A stretch of DNA of 64,000 nt. Source: the human T2T-CHM13v2.0 reference genome, Homo sapiens. Of the stretch, positions 15,381 to 31,238 are shown one piece after another (within the stretch, counting starts at the first letter, position 1; each line of letters starts with the position of its first letter). The stretch is taken from the NCBI RefSeq assembly GCF_009914755.1, contig NC_060947.1; one strand, 5' to 3'. A model generated the notes under the pieces. That model saw only the letters and a program-made list of their open reading frames with translations. It was not told where the DNA came from and did no database searches. Both the position numbers and the translations under genes were made by a program.

Positions 15381-15681
15381 TTTATTTAGTTATTATTTTT
15401 GAGACCATCTCACTCTGTCACCAAGACTGGAGAGCAGTGGCATGATCTTGGCTCGTTGCAACTTTCGCCTGCCGGGTTCAAATGATTCTCATGCCTCAGC
15501 CACCCAATGTAGCTGGGATTACAGGTGCGCACCACCATGCCCAGATAATTTTTGTAATTTTAGTAGAGATGGAATTTTGCCATGTTGGCCAAGCTGGTCT
15601 CGAACTCCTGGCCTCAAGCAATCCTCCCACCTCAGACTCCCAAAGTGCTGGGATTACAGGCATGAGCCACTGTGCCCAGCC
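15381..15681 (-). mobile_element. AluJ
   Basis: Antisense Alu; degenerate TSD agtttgtggttattta / agtttttggtaattta. Confidence 0.9.
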
Positions 15682-15810
15682 AGTTTTTGGTAATTTATTA
15701 TAGCAGCAATAGGAAACTAACACAGGTTACTTTCTCTCAGCATTATATTTGTGAGATTTGTCCATGTTGTCAGGAGTAGCTATAGTTTATTAATTTTCTT
15801 TGATCTATAG

Positions 15811-16416
15811 CAGGGGTAGGCAAACCCCAAACTGTGGTCTATAGACCAAATCTGGCCTGGTGTCAATTTTTGTATGGCTTGTGACTTAAGAATAGTTTTT
15901 ACATTATTAAATGGTTGGGGAAAAATCACAAGAAGAATATTTTATGATATACAAATTTTAGCATCCTTAAACAAAGTTTTGTTTTTTGGGTCTTCTTTAG
16001 AGATTGGGGTCTCATTATGTTACCCAAGCTGGTCTTAAACTCCTGTGCTCAAGTGATCTTCTTGTGTCAACCTCCCAAGTAGCTGGGATTACAGGCATGT
16101 GCCACTGTGCCTGGCCATAAATAAAGTTCTATTAGAACATTTCCATGCTCATTAACTGGGTATGGTGTTGTGTGCCTGCAGTCCTAGATACTTGGGAGGC
16201 TGAGGTGGGAAGATCGCCTGAGCCCAGGAGTTCAAAGTTACAGTGAGCTATGATGTGAAAGAAAGGAGGGAAAAGAACACAACCACAGAAATTCCTTAAT
16301 GTATCATTTATGTATGCCTTCATGCTACAATGGCAGAGTTGAGTAGTTGGGACAGACCATATGGCCTACAAAGCCTAAATTATGTACTGCTAGGCCATTT
16401 ACATAAAAAGGTTGCT
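15811..16416. mobile_element. MER58-like hAT MITE interrupted by Alu monomer fragments (~15981-16116 minus, ~16150-16255 plus)
   Basis: caggggtaggcaaac start; atggcagagttgagtagttgggacagaccatatggcctacaaagcctaaa core. Confidence 0.7.
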
Positions 16417-16417
16417 G

Positions 16418-17978
16418 TACACCCATTATGAAAAGCACTATGTAGGTTCCTCAAAAAATTAAAAATACCACTACCATATGATCTAGCAATCCCACTTCTG
16501 GGTATATATCCAAAGGAAATGAAATCAGTATATTGAAGAGATATCTGTACTCCCACGTTCATTGCAACGTTTTTCACAATAGCCAAGATATGTTATCAAC
16601 CTAAGTGTCCATTGGTATGTTAAAGGAGATTCACTCATTTTGTTGCAAAAGACAAGATTTCCTTCCTTCTTTTTTAAGGCTAAATAATATGTATGTCTCC
16701 TTTGGAGTTAATATTTTTTCTCTGAATTTTTTTAAATTTTAAAAACTTTTAAATTAGGGTAAAATACACATAATACAAAATTTACCATCTTACATTTTTA
16801 AGTGTACAGTTCAGTAGTGTTAAGTATTTTCACATTATTGTGTAACTGATCTTCAGAATTCTTTTCATCTTGCAAAGCAAACTGTATACCCATTAAAAAC
16901 CAATTCTTCATCCCTCCACACCCCTGGCAACCTCCCTTTTACTTTCTGTCTCTGTGAATTTAACTACTCTAGGCACCTCATATAACTGGAATCATACAGT
17001 ATTTGTTTTTCTTGCAACTGGCTTATTTCACTTAGCATAATGTCTTCAAGTTTCATTCATGTTGTAACATGTGTCCGAATCTTCTTCCTTTTTAAGGCTA
17101 AGTAATATTCCATTATATAGAAATACAACACTTTATTTATTCATCTATAAATGGACACTTAGGTTGCTTTCAACTTTTGGTTATTGTGAATAATGCTGCT
17201 ATGAAACAGCTGTCCAAATATCTCTGTGAGACCTTGCCTTCAGTTCTTCTGGGTATATACCTTAGAAGTGGAATTTCTGGATCAATACTATTGATTAAAA
17301 TACTATTTTTAATATTTTTAGAGACATAGTCTCACCATGTTGTCCAGGCTGGGTGGAAATGGGGAGTTATTGCTTATTGGTTGCAGGGTTTCTGTTTTAG
17401 ATTATGAAAAAGTTTTGGAAACAGCTAATGGTAATGGTTGCACAACACTGTGGATGTGGTTAATACCACTGATTTGTACATTTAAAATGGTTAAAATAAC
17501 AAATTGTATGTTATATATATTTTACCACAAAAAAATAATTCCAGAAAATGGTCTATTAACCTATGAGAAGGGAGAGAAAGAGGAAAAAAGAAACAAAGAA
17601 AAGATGGAACAAATTGAAAACAGCTGGCAAGATGATATAACTTAATCCAAACGTATCAATAATCATGTTAAATGTGAATAGTCTAAATGTACCAGTTAAG
17701 AGACAGAAATTATCAGATTAGATAAAAAAGAAAGACCAAATCATATGCTGTCTACAAAAAAAAAATCAACTTTAAATATACAGAAATAGATTAAAAGTAA
17801 GATGGGGGAAAGATATACCATACAGACGCTAACCAAAAGAAAGCTGAACTAGCTATATTAATTTTACACAAAACTGAGTTCAAAACAATGAATATTTTCA
17901 GGGATAAAAAGGGGCATTACATAATGATAAATGTGTCAATTTTTCAAGAAGGTATAACAATCCTAAATGTGTATGCAG
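16418..17978. mobile_element. Mosaic of old L1 (L1MA/L1MB) fragments in both orientations
   Basis: Plus-strand ORF2 end ~16418-16615; minus-strand L1MB 3' end ~16730-17290; plus-strand 3' UTR ~17350-17535; plus-strand endonuclease start ~17640-17978. Confidence 0.7.
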
Positions 17979-20600
17979 GAATGGGAAGTACAAATTTTGC
18001 TAGTGGATCAGTAAAATGGATCCAGTAAGAACAAAACACTGCCCCTTCCATAATGGAAGTGGTCCTGTGTAATCAGCTTGCCACCAGGTAGCTGCCTGAT
18101 CACTCCAGGGAATGGAACCATATGAGAGAGTCAGTGTTGGTCTCTGTTGCTGGCAGTTGGGCATTGAGCAGTGGCTGAAGCAAAGATGGCCTTGGAGGGT
18201 AGAAATTCATGTTGCTGAGCCCATGCATTACCTTGGTCCCTGCCACCATGGCTACTTTTTTCATGAGCCCATTGAGCAATGACAGGAGTAGCTAGGGAAA
18301 GAGGCAGACTGGTATCTGTATGGCAGGTAGTCTTAGCCACTTGATCATTCAATCCTCCACTGCTGAGGTCACCCTTTAGTGAGCATTCACATAGGACACA
18401 GATATCTTCACATTCTTTGCCTGTTCAGTGAGTTCTAGCCATATACCTCTTCCCCAGAACTCATCAATTTTTCAATTACATTTCTTCCAAGTCCCTGGTC
18501 ATCCATCAAAGCCATTGGCCACAGCCCATCAACCTATAGACTCTTAGCTCTGGCCATTTCTACTTTCCAGGCAAAATGAATATCTAGGAGCACTGCTCAA
18601 AGTTCTGTTTACTAAGAGGATTTCCCTTCCCTACTGTCTTTGAGGGCTTTCCCAGAAAGGGATTGTAGTGCCACTTTCTAGTGATGCCTGCATATTTTGT
18701 AGAATCATCTGTAAACCAGGCCTAAGTTGTTTCTTCCTCAGTCAACTAGTTGCAGGAACCACTCATAGGTGCAGGCTAATAGTGAGAAGGTAATGTAGAA
18801 GGAGTAGGAGCCATGGGTATTTTGACTTCTTCCTCCTACAATGTACTTGAACCTTCAGGACCTGCTTAAGCCCAATCTCATACATACCACTTCCATTTGA
18901 CAATGGAGTGCTTAATGAGCAAACTTTGTGGCTTGGTAAGTCAGACAACACTTAGTTTATAATCAGCAGCTCAGATTGCCCGGTAACATGGTGACCCATG
19001 GGTAACATTTAGTCTCCACTGAAGCCGTGTAGCAAGTCAAAAACCATTTCTCAAAATGAGTGTAGTTATCTGCAGAGGATGGTAGGCTTTGCTTCCAAAT
19101 CTTAAGGATCTACACTGTGATTCACCTACAAGGGCCTGCCAGAGTTTCCAAACAGAATGTCTATCTGCCACTGACATTGAACACCCCATCAGATCTGCTG
19201 GAGTATATGGGTGAAATGGCAGAGCAGCTTGCACCTGCAAGCTTGATGTGTTGCCAAGCCTTTTCTTGTTCATGGTGTCACTCAAAACTAGCAGTTTTTT
19301 TTATCACTTGGTAAATGAAGCACACCCCAATGAGGTATATGTTGCCTCCAAAATCCCCTGGATTTGGTGTTTCTTTTGGTAGTAGGATGAGCCAGATGCA
19401 ATAATTTATCCTTTACATTAGAATGAATGTTTTGACATCCCCCCACACCGCTGGACCCCAAGAAATTTCACTGAGATGGAAACCCCTGAATGTTTGTAGG
19501 ATTTATTTCCTATTCTCTGGCACACAAATGTCTTACCACATTGTTTAGAGTAGTTGCTACTTCCTGCTCACCAGGTCTAGTCAGGACAGCATCATCAATT
19601 TCATGGACCAGTTGATATTAACTAGAAGGGAAAGGCAATAAAGTTTCTTGTGGACATGAGAATGAATAGATTTACCCCTGAGGTACAAGAGAAGGCTCGG
19701 TAACAGGTCAAGGCTGCACTGCAAGCTGCTCTGCCACTTGGGTCATATGCTCCAGCAGATGTGATGGTATTTCAGTGGCAATAGCAAATAGACACTCTAG
19801 AACCTCTGGCAGATCCCTGTAGGTAAATCACAGTGCAGATTCTTAGGACTTGGGGAAAAAGTCTGAACATCCTCTGAAGTGAAGGGGTATTGCTGGCCTT
19901 GCCAGAAGAAAGCAAACTGCTTCTGGTGGTCGTTGTTGACAGGCATACAGAAAAGCATTTACTATATTAGTAGCTGCATACCAGGTTACCAGAGGAGGTG
20001 TTAATTTTCTCAAGCAACAAAACAACATATGAAAAAGCAGCTGCAATTGGATTCACCACCTGATTTATTTCGCTGTCATTCTCTAAGATCTAATTGTCTT
20101 CTGGACAGGCAAAATAGGTGTGTTGAGTAAGGAAGTAACGGGAATCACCACCCATGAATCTTTCACATTCCGGATAGTGCACTAATCTCTGCAGTCCTTC
20201 CAGGAATGCAATATTGCTTTTGGTTTACTATTTTTGTAGACAGAGACAGTTCTAGTGGTGTCCATTTGGCCTTTCCAAATGAGGGCTAATGTAATAGACT
20301 TCATTCCAAATATCAGGGAAATAATGTGAAGATTCTAACTGTTGCAGAATATGTCTCTTCTAAGTATGCATTCTGGAAATGGGGAAATGACCACAGAGTG
20401 GATTTGGGAACCCAAAGGGCCCACTGCAAGTTGGGCCTTATCTAAAACCCCATCAATCACTTGACCTCCACCAACCTCTAGTCTGACTAGTGGACCATTG
20501 TGATATTTTGGGTCACCAAGAATTAGAGTCAGTTCAGAGCCAGTGTCCAGTAATCTCCCCAAAGTCTGATTATTTCTCTTTCCCCAATACAAAGTCATAG
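17979..20600 (-). mobile_element. ERVL endogenous retrovirus internal pro-pol remnant
   Basis: Protease LLDTGSELTLI (ORF 20335-20598); RT pieces; integrase zinc-finger VIAQWAHEKSSHGGRD...CPT (ORF 18131-18352); many stops. Confidence 0.88.
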
Positions 20601-20762
20601 GTTTCTTACTAGGAGCTTGTGGAATTCTGGCATCCCCTCTTCACTCTAGGCTATAGTAACATAGAGGCTGGAGGATAGATCATTTTACTCTTAACCTCTC
20701 CCAATCATGAGTTGATTAAGTAAAGTGTAGTGTGAGATGAGACGAGAAAAGATGGCAAGAAT

Positions 20763-21266
20763 TGTGAGGGGTGTGAAATTTTACTTTATTTGCAAGCTGA
20801 CAAGTTAGCCTGTCATAGTTTCATATATGTTTGTAAGAGACATGAGACTGCTGGATCAGAGACAAATGACTTTATTACAATGATAGCATAGCCAGAGTAT
20901 TTGTATTTTCTGATGCTGGTTTCCTGAGTACCAATTCCCATAGAGCAACACAAAGAGGCCAGGTGTCACCTGCACACATAGTGGGTAGCATTACAGGAGA
21001 GGAACTCTGAGCTTGGGGAATCTGAATCTTTTATTATAATAAGCAGTAAGCATAGTTGCCCTTTATTCTGGAGGGAGACAAGACATAATCTTTATTATGC
21101 TGGACGGTAAGCACATTTGATCTAGAGGGCAACATTTTTTGTATCTTCTAAGGCTGTTCACTATACAAATGTCCTTGAAAAGATAGTTTGGAACAAAGGC
21201 AGTCAGTGCTTCTGCTTGCAAGATATGTAGAAGCATAAGAGAACAATGGGAAATTGTTTCCCAGCA
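20763..21266 (-). mobile_element. Solo ERV LTR, subfamily unresolved
   Basis: TG...CA termini, ~500 bp; on the minus strand AATAAA is followed by gtcatttgtctctgatccagcagtctc, typical of an LTR R/U5 region. Confidence 0.6.
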
Positions 21267-21354
21267 AGAAGGCTAGAACTGAAACCTGGATTAGGAGGTG
21301 AAGCTATTAGAGAGCTAGGAAGAGTCAGGATATAGTAGCATTACGAATGTGAAG

Positions 21355-21467
21355 GCATTTGGGAGGCTGAAGTAGGAGGATCGCTTGAGCCCAGGAGTTT
21401 GAGGTTTCAGTGAGCTATAATTGCACCACTGCACTCCAGCCTGGGTGATAGAAAGAGACCCCATCTC
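21355..21467 (+). mobile_element. Alu monomer fragment
   Basis: tttgggaggctgaagtaggaggatcgcttgagcccaggag...actccagcctgggtga. Confidence 0.85.
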
Positions 21468-21870
21468 AAAAGAAAAGAAAAGAGAAGAGAAAAGAAAAGG
21501 AAAGAGGCAGGAAGGAAAGAAGGAAGGAAGGGGAAGGAAGGAAGGAAGGGAGGGAGGGAGGAATGGAGGGAGGGAGGAAGGGAGGGAGGAAGGAAGGGAG
21601 GGAGGAAGGAAGGGAGGGAGGAAGGAAGGGAAAGGGAAAGAAAAAAGAAGAAAGAGAAAGAAAAAAGGAAAGAGAAAGAAAAAGAAAAAAGAAGAAAGAA
21701 AGAGAAAGAAAAAGGGAAAGAGAAAGAGAAAGAAAAAAGAAGAAAGAGAAAGAAAAAAGAGACAGAAAAAGAAAGAAGGAAATAAAGAAAAAAGAAAGAA
21801 ATTAGAAAGAGAAAGAGAAAGAAAAAAGAAAGAAAGAAAGAGAGAAAAAGAAAGAAAGAAGAAGAAAAGG
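21468..21870. repeat. ~400-bp polypurine (GA-rich) tract expanded from the Alu tail
   Basis: (GAAA)n, (GGAA)n and (GGGA)n mix with only a few pyrimidines. Confidence 0.95.
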
Positions 21871-22229
21871 CAGGATGAAGTTTCAAGAATGTGGGTGTGG
21901 TCATCATTGTCAAATGCTACGGAGACGTCCAGTATAATAAGGATGGAGAAGAGTTTATTGAGTTGGTTGATTGGTGATTGTTTGAGCCTAGGTCCTCTGA
22001 GAAGCAGATATCAAGACAGGATTAGATGTGCAAGAAATGTATCAGGAAAGTTCCCGAGAAAATACGTGGAGGGAACTGGGGGAGGCTAAGAGGCCCATCA
22101 GTCTATGATTCAGGTCAGTTATGAGGAATACTTGAGCTGTCAGTTTATCCTCAAGCCAAGAATGACCATCAGAAGGGTCTCATTTCTCCCTGGAATAGAC
22201 CTATCTTAGTATCCTTGCTGCACTCAGTC

Positions 22230-22686
22230 ATTGGGCTTTCCTCCTTCCTAACAGAACCTCACTTTTTTACAGGTATCCACTCCACACCTGGCTCTATGTG
22301 TGTGCTGATTAGAATGTGTCAGTACATTCCCCTGATGACACATAATGGTTTGAAGATGGGCATCTGTCCAGTGAAAATGGGGGGGAAATATTTATTCCAT
22401 GTTTGGGAGAGTGCTTTTTTTATTCTCTTCCTCTGGATGTATATAAAGAAGTATATTGCTCCAGCCCCTAAATGGTATCTAGCCTGGGAATAAACCCAAC
22501 ATGCCAATGATGGCAAAGCAGAAAGACAGAGAAAACCTAGCTCCTGGATGATGTTGTCAAGCATCTGGATTAACCAAACTTAGTGCCTACCCTTTATTTC
22601 TTATTTTATGAGATAATAAATGTCCTTATTGTCAACTTCGAGTTGTGTTTTTTGTTGCTTACAGCCAAAGCATCCTAGCATACACA
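22230..22686 (+). mobile_element. Old MLT1 MaLR LTR
   Basis: 3' end ttttttgttgcttacagccaaagcatcctagcatacaca; AATAAA at ~22615. Confidence 0.55.
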
Positions 22687-23179
22687 AGGTCAAGACCGAG
22701 ATGGCTGCTGTTTCTTGGGCAGATTACTTTATACCCTCTGTGCTTCAGTTTACTTATCCATAAAATGGACAAGGCAAATATTCAGTTGGTGTGCTTTGAT
22801 AAAAAATGGAATCCATTTCCCTTTGGAAAAAGAAAGCTTTCACTGTATTTTGGTGGTGGATAATATTTTATTGTCTGCAATTGATAATATATGAAATTGA
22901 TCCTGCAATTGCATACAGTGATGAGATATTCATTTTTTTATTTTATTTTATTTTATTTTGTTTTATTTTATTATTATTATACTTTAAGTTTTAGGGTACA
23001 TGTGCACAACGTGCAGGTCTGTTACATATGTATACATGTGCCATGTTGGTGTGCTGCACCCATTAACTCGTCATTTACATTAGGTATATCTCCTAATGCT
23101 ATCCCTCCCCCCTCCCCCCACCCCACAACAGTCCCCAGTGTGTGATGTTCCCCTTCTTGTGTCCATGTGTTCTCATTGT

Positions 23180-27003
<3,824 letters not shown>

Positions 27004-27064
27004 TATGATGTCAGCTGGCTATTTTGCTCATTAGTTGATGCAGTTTCTTCCTAGCCTTGATGGT

Positions 27065-28078
27065 CTTTACAATTTGGCACGTTTTTGCAGTGGCTGGTAC
27101 CAGTTGTTCCTTTCCATGTTTAGTGCTTCCTTCAGGAGCTCTTTTAGGGCAGGCCTGGTGGTGATAAAATCTCTCAGCATTTGCTTGTCTGTAAAGTATT
27201 TTATTTCTCCTTTGCTTATGAAGCTTAGTTTGGCTGGATATGAAATTCAGGGTTGAAAATTCTTTTCTTTAAGAATGTTGATTATTGGCCCTCACTCTCT
27301 TCTGGCTTGTAGAGTTTCTGCCGAGAGATCAGCTGTTAGTCTGATGGGCTTCCCTTTGTGTGTAACCCGACGTTTCTCTCTGGCTGCCCTTAACATTTTT
27401 TCCTTCATTTCAATTTTGGTGAATCTGACAATTACGTGTCTTGGAGTTGCTCGAGGAGTATCTTTGTGGCGTTCTCTGTATTTCCTGAATTTGCATGTTG
27501 GCCTGCCTTGCTAGATTGGGGAAATTCTCTTGGATAATATCCTGCAGAGTGTTTTCCAACTTGGTTCCATTCTCCCCATCACTTTCAGGTACACCAATCA
27601 GACGTAGATTTGGTCTTTTCACATAGTCCCATATTTCTTGGAGGCTTTGTTCGTTTCTTTTTATTCTTTTTTCTCTAAACTTCTCTTCTGGCTTCATTTC
27701 ATTCATTTGATCTTCCATCACTGATACCCTTTCTTCCAGTTGATCGCATTGGCTGCTGAGGCTTCTGCATTTGTCACGTAGTTCTCGTGCCTTGGTTTTC
27801 AGCTCTGTCAGGTCCTTTAAGGACTTCTCTGCATTGATTATTCTAGTTATCCATTCATCTAATTTTTTTTCAAAGTTTTTAACTTCTTTGCCATTGGTTT
27901 GAACTTCCTCCTGTAGCTCGGAGTAGTTTGATCGTCTGAAGCCTTCTTCTCTCAACTCATCAAAGTCATTCTCCATCCAGCTTTGTTCCATTGCTGGTGA
28001 GGAGCTGCGTTCCTTTGGAGGAGGAGAGGCTCTGTGATTTTTAGAGTTTCCAGTTTTTCTGCTCTGTTTTTTCCCCAT
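27065..28078 (-). pseudogene. L1 ORF1p, frameshifted after ~210 aa
   Basis: ORF 27410-28078 follows ORF1p through QEIQRTPQRYSS and then leaves frame. Confidence 0.9.
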
Positions 28079-28652
28079 CTTTGTGGTTTTATCTACCTTT
28101 GGTCTTTGATGATGGTGACGTACAGATGGGTTTTTGGTGTGGAGGTCCTTCCTGTTTGTTAGTTTTCCTTCTAACAGACAGGACCCTCAGCTGCAGGTCT
28201 GTTGAAGTTTGCTAGAGGTCCACTCCAGACTCTGTTTGCCTGGGTATCAGCAGCAGAGGCTGCAGAACAGTGGATATTGGTGAACCGCAAATGCTGCTGC
28301 CTGATCGTTCCTCTGGAAGTTTTGTCTCAGAGGTGTACCCGGCCGTTTGAGGTGTCAGTCTGCCCCTATGGGGGGGGGGTGCCTCCCAGTTAGGCTACTC
28401 GGGTGTCAGGGACCCACTTGAGGAGGCAGTCTGCCTATTCTCAGATCTCAAGCTTCATGCTGGGAGAACCACTACTCTCTTCAAAGCTGTCAGACAGGGA
28501 CATTTAAGTCTGCAGAGGTTACTGCTGTCTTTTTGTTTGTCTGTGCCCTGCCCCCAGAGGTGGAGCCTACAGAGGCAGGCAGGCCTCCTTGAGCTGGGCT
28601 CCACCCAGTTCGAACTTCCTGGCCGCTTTGTTTACCTAATCAAGTCTTGGCA

Positions 28653-28829
28653 ATGGTGGACACCCCTCCCCCAGCCTCGCTGCCACCTTGCAGTTTGATC
28701 TCAGACTGCTGTGCTAGCAATGGTCGAGACTCCGTGGGCGTAGGACCCTCTGAGCCATGTGCGGGATATAATCTCCTGGTGTGCCGCTTTTTAGCCCATT
28801 GGGAAAGTGCAGTATTAGGGTGGGAGTGA
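28653..28829 (+). other. L1 ORF0 homolog in the antisense 5' UTR, frameshifted near the C-terminus
   Basis: MVDTPPPASLPPCSLISDCCASNGRDSVGVGPSEP matches primate L1 ORF0; the expected tail IRVGVTQFSRC lies in another frame (ORF 28781). Confidence 0.85.
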
Positions 28830-29619
28830 CCCAATTTTCCAGGTGCCATCTGTCACCCCTTTCCTTGACTAGGAAAGGGAATTCCCTGACCCCTTGCACT
28901 TCCCGGGTGAGGCAATGCCTCGCACTGCTTTGGCTTGTGCATTGTGCGCTGCACCCACTGTCCTGCACCCACTGTCTGGCACACCCCAGTGAGATGAACC
29001 CGGTACCTCAGTTGGAAATGCAGAAATCACCCATCTTCTGCGTCGCTCACGCTGGGAGCTGTAGACCAGAGCTGTTCCTATTCAGCTATCTTGGCTCCTC
29101 CCTGAGATAGTCATTTTTAATGTAAATATGTAAACTCATCTAAGATATTTAGTGACTGTTCCCTGGGTAACTCCAGAAACTGGGCTTACTAAGGAGTTGA
29201 GTGAACATCCATTTAGACTGTCCAAGGTGATGACTCTGGGCTAGAGAATAACCAATAGAATCCTACTTATTTAAGATATAGCTAAGATGATTGGGAAGTG
29301 GGACAACCCAGACATAAAGAAGCAAATAAGGACCAGCACTTGTTATTGCCACAAGTTTGTAATGCAGTTTAACCTAATAAATCTTACTAATTTGGCTGAG
29401 AAAGGTTTGATAAATAAGTTGAGACAACCTGAATGTCAGAAAGCCTATGACAAATTAAAAGCTAATTTGGCAAGAGACAAGATCTAGACTATTCCTGATT
29501 TTAATAAATTCTTCAGAAACTCTGAAGTAAGGACTTGAGGCTATGTTGACCCAGGATGGAGAAGGGAGAAAAAAAGTCCCTTCCTTTTTTAAAAATAGGA
29601 AACTACTATCTATACTACT

Positions 29620-30710
29620 AATAATAGGAGCTAACATTTATTGAGTGCCTCCTACGTGCCAAGCACAGTGCTAAGCACTTTATGAACATTATTTCATGTA
29701 ATCCTGAGAATAATCCTATAAGGTAAGTACCACTGTTATCCCCATTTTTAGGAGTGATATTCATAATGTTTAATGTATGGCATAAGCCCTAGCCAAGCAG
29801 GATGGACACCTATAGACAATCAGTACAGCCACACTCACACACACTAATTGAATATTGGCCATGTCCATTTTATTTTATTTATTTATTTATTTATTTTTAT
29901 TATACTTTAAGTTTTAGGGTACATGCGCACAATGTGCAGGTTAGTTACATATGTATATATGTGCCATGCTGGTGTGCTGCACCCATTAACTCGTCATTTA
30001 GCATTAGATATATCTCCTAATGCTATCCCTCCCCCCTCCCCCCACCCCATAATAGTCTCCAGAGTGTGATGTTCCCCTTCCTGTGTGCATGTGTTCTCAT
30101 TGTTCGATTCCCACCTATGAGTGAGAACATGCGGTGTTTGGTTTTTTGTCCTTGCAATAGTTTACTGAGAATGATGATTTCCAATTTCATCCATGTCCCT
30201 ATAAAGGACATGAACTCATCATTTTTTATGGCTGCATAGTATTCCATGGTGTATACGTGCCACATTTTCTTAAGCCAGTCTATTATTGTTGGACATTTGG
30301 GTTGGTTCCAAGTCTTTGCTATTGTGAATAGTGCTGCAATAAACATACGTGTGCATGTGTCCTTATAGCAGCATGATTTATAATCCTTTGGGTATATACC
30401 CAGTAATGGGATGGCTGGGTCAAATGGTATTTCTAGTTCTAGATCCCTGAGGAATTGCCACACTGTCTTCCACAATGGTTGAACTAGTTTACAGTCCCAC
30501 CAACAGTGTAAAAGTGTTCCTATTTCTCCACATCCTCTCCAGCACCTGTTGTTTCCTGAATTTTTAATGATTGCCATTCTAGGCCACGTCCATTTTATGG
30601 ATGAGGAAACTGAGGCACCAAGAGAATAAGTAACCTGTCCAAGACACACAGCCAGCAATGGAGCTGGGGATTTGAAGTCAGATCAGTGGATCTCCAAAGC
30701 CTGTGTTTGG
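29620..30710 (-). mobile_element. MIR fragments flanking the L1 insertion
   Basis: aacatttattgagtgcctcctacgtgccaagcacagtgctaagcac; cattttatggatgaggaaactgaggcac. Confidence 0.75.
29873..30581 (-). mobile_element. 5'-truncated young L1PA (about PA2/3)
   Basis: Uninterrupted ORF2 C-terminus within ORF 30023-30658; TSD ggcca(t/c)gtccatttta at 29857-29872 and 30582-30597. Confidence 0.93.
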
Positions 30711-30870
30711 CTGTTATCACTGTGTTTTGCTGCCTAGCTTCCTACAGAGAGGGAAGACTGATCATGTATCTAACCATATTTGGGTGCTTGATAAAACTGA
30801 CATGTTAGTTATTCAGATTCAGTATTTCTCCATAATTAATCACAAAATCCTGATCTATATAACAACCTCT

Positions 30871-31238
30871 TCTATGGTATGAATGTTTATGTTCCATCCA
30901 AAATCCACATGTTGAAACCTAATTCCCAATATGATGATATTGGGAGGTGGAACCTTCGGGAGGTGATTAGATCATGAGGGTGGGACCCTCATGAATGGGA
31001 TTAGTGCCTTTATAAAAGAGGCCCCAGAGAGCTGCCTTGCCCTTTTCCACCATGTGAGGACACAGCAAGAAGGCAACATCTATGAACCAGGAGGTGGGCT
31101 CTCAACAGACATTGAATCTACTGTCACCTTATCTTGGAGTTCCCAGCTTCCAGAACTGTGAGAAATAAATTTCTTTTATCTATAAGCCATTCAGTTTATT
31201 ATAGCAGTTAGTTATAGCAGCCCAAATGGACTAAGACA
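30871..31238 (+). mobile_element. MLT1A/MST-like MaLR solo LTR
   Basis: aggtgattagatcatgagggtgggaccctcatgaatgggattagtgcctttataaaaga; ends gcagcccaaatggactaagaca. Confidence 0.85.

Larger units (their letters stand above)
14482..15723 (+). mobile_element. MLT1 (MLT1D-like) MaLR LTR, interrupted by L1PA and Alu
   Basis: Starts tgtatggtaggcagaataatggcccc, ends gcagcaataggaaactaacaca; internal ttggattatctgggtgggctcaatgtaatcacaagggtcctt. Confidence 0.85.

Noticed and set aside
17979-20600. Domesticated retroviral gene such as an RTL family member
   Set aside because: No long ORF; it is a fragmented ERVL pol
21407-22089. K/E/R-rich 222-aa ORF and F/S/L-rich 168-aa ORF
   Set aside because: Both come from the polypurine tract
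30023-30658. 211-aa MIR-L1 fusion ORF
   Set aside because: Chance in-frame junction between a MIR and a truncated L1; non-ATG start and no promoter or splice evidence
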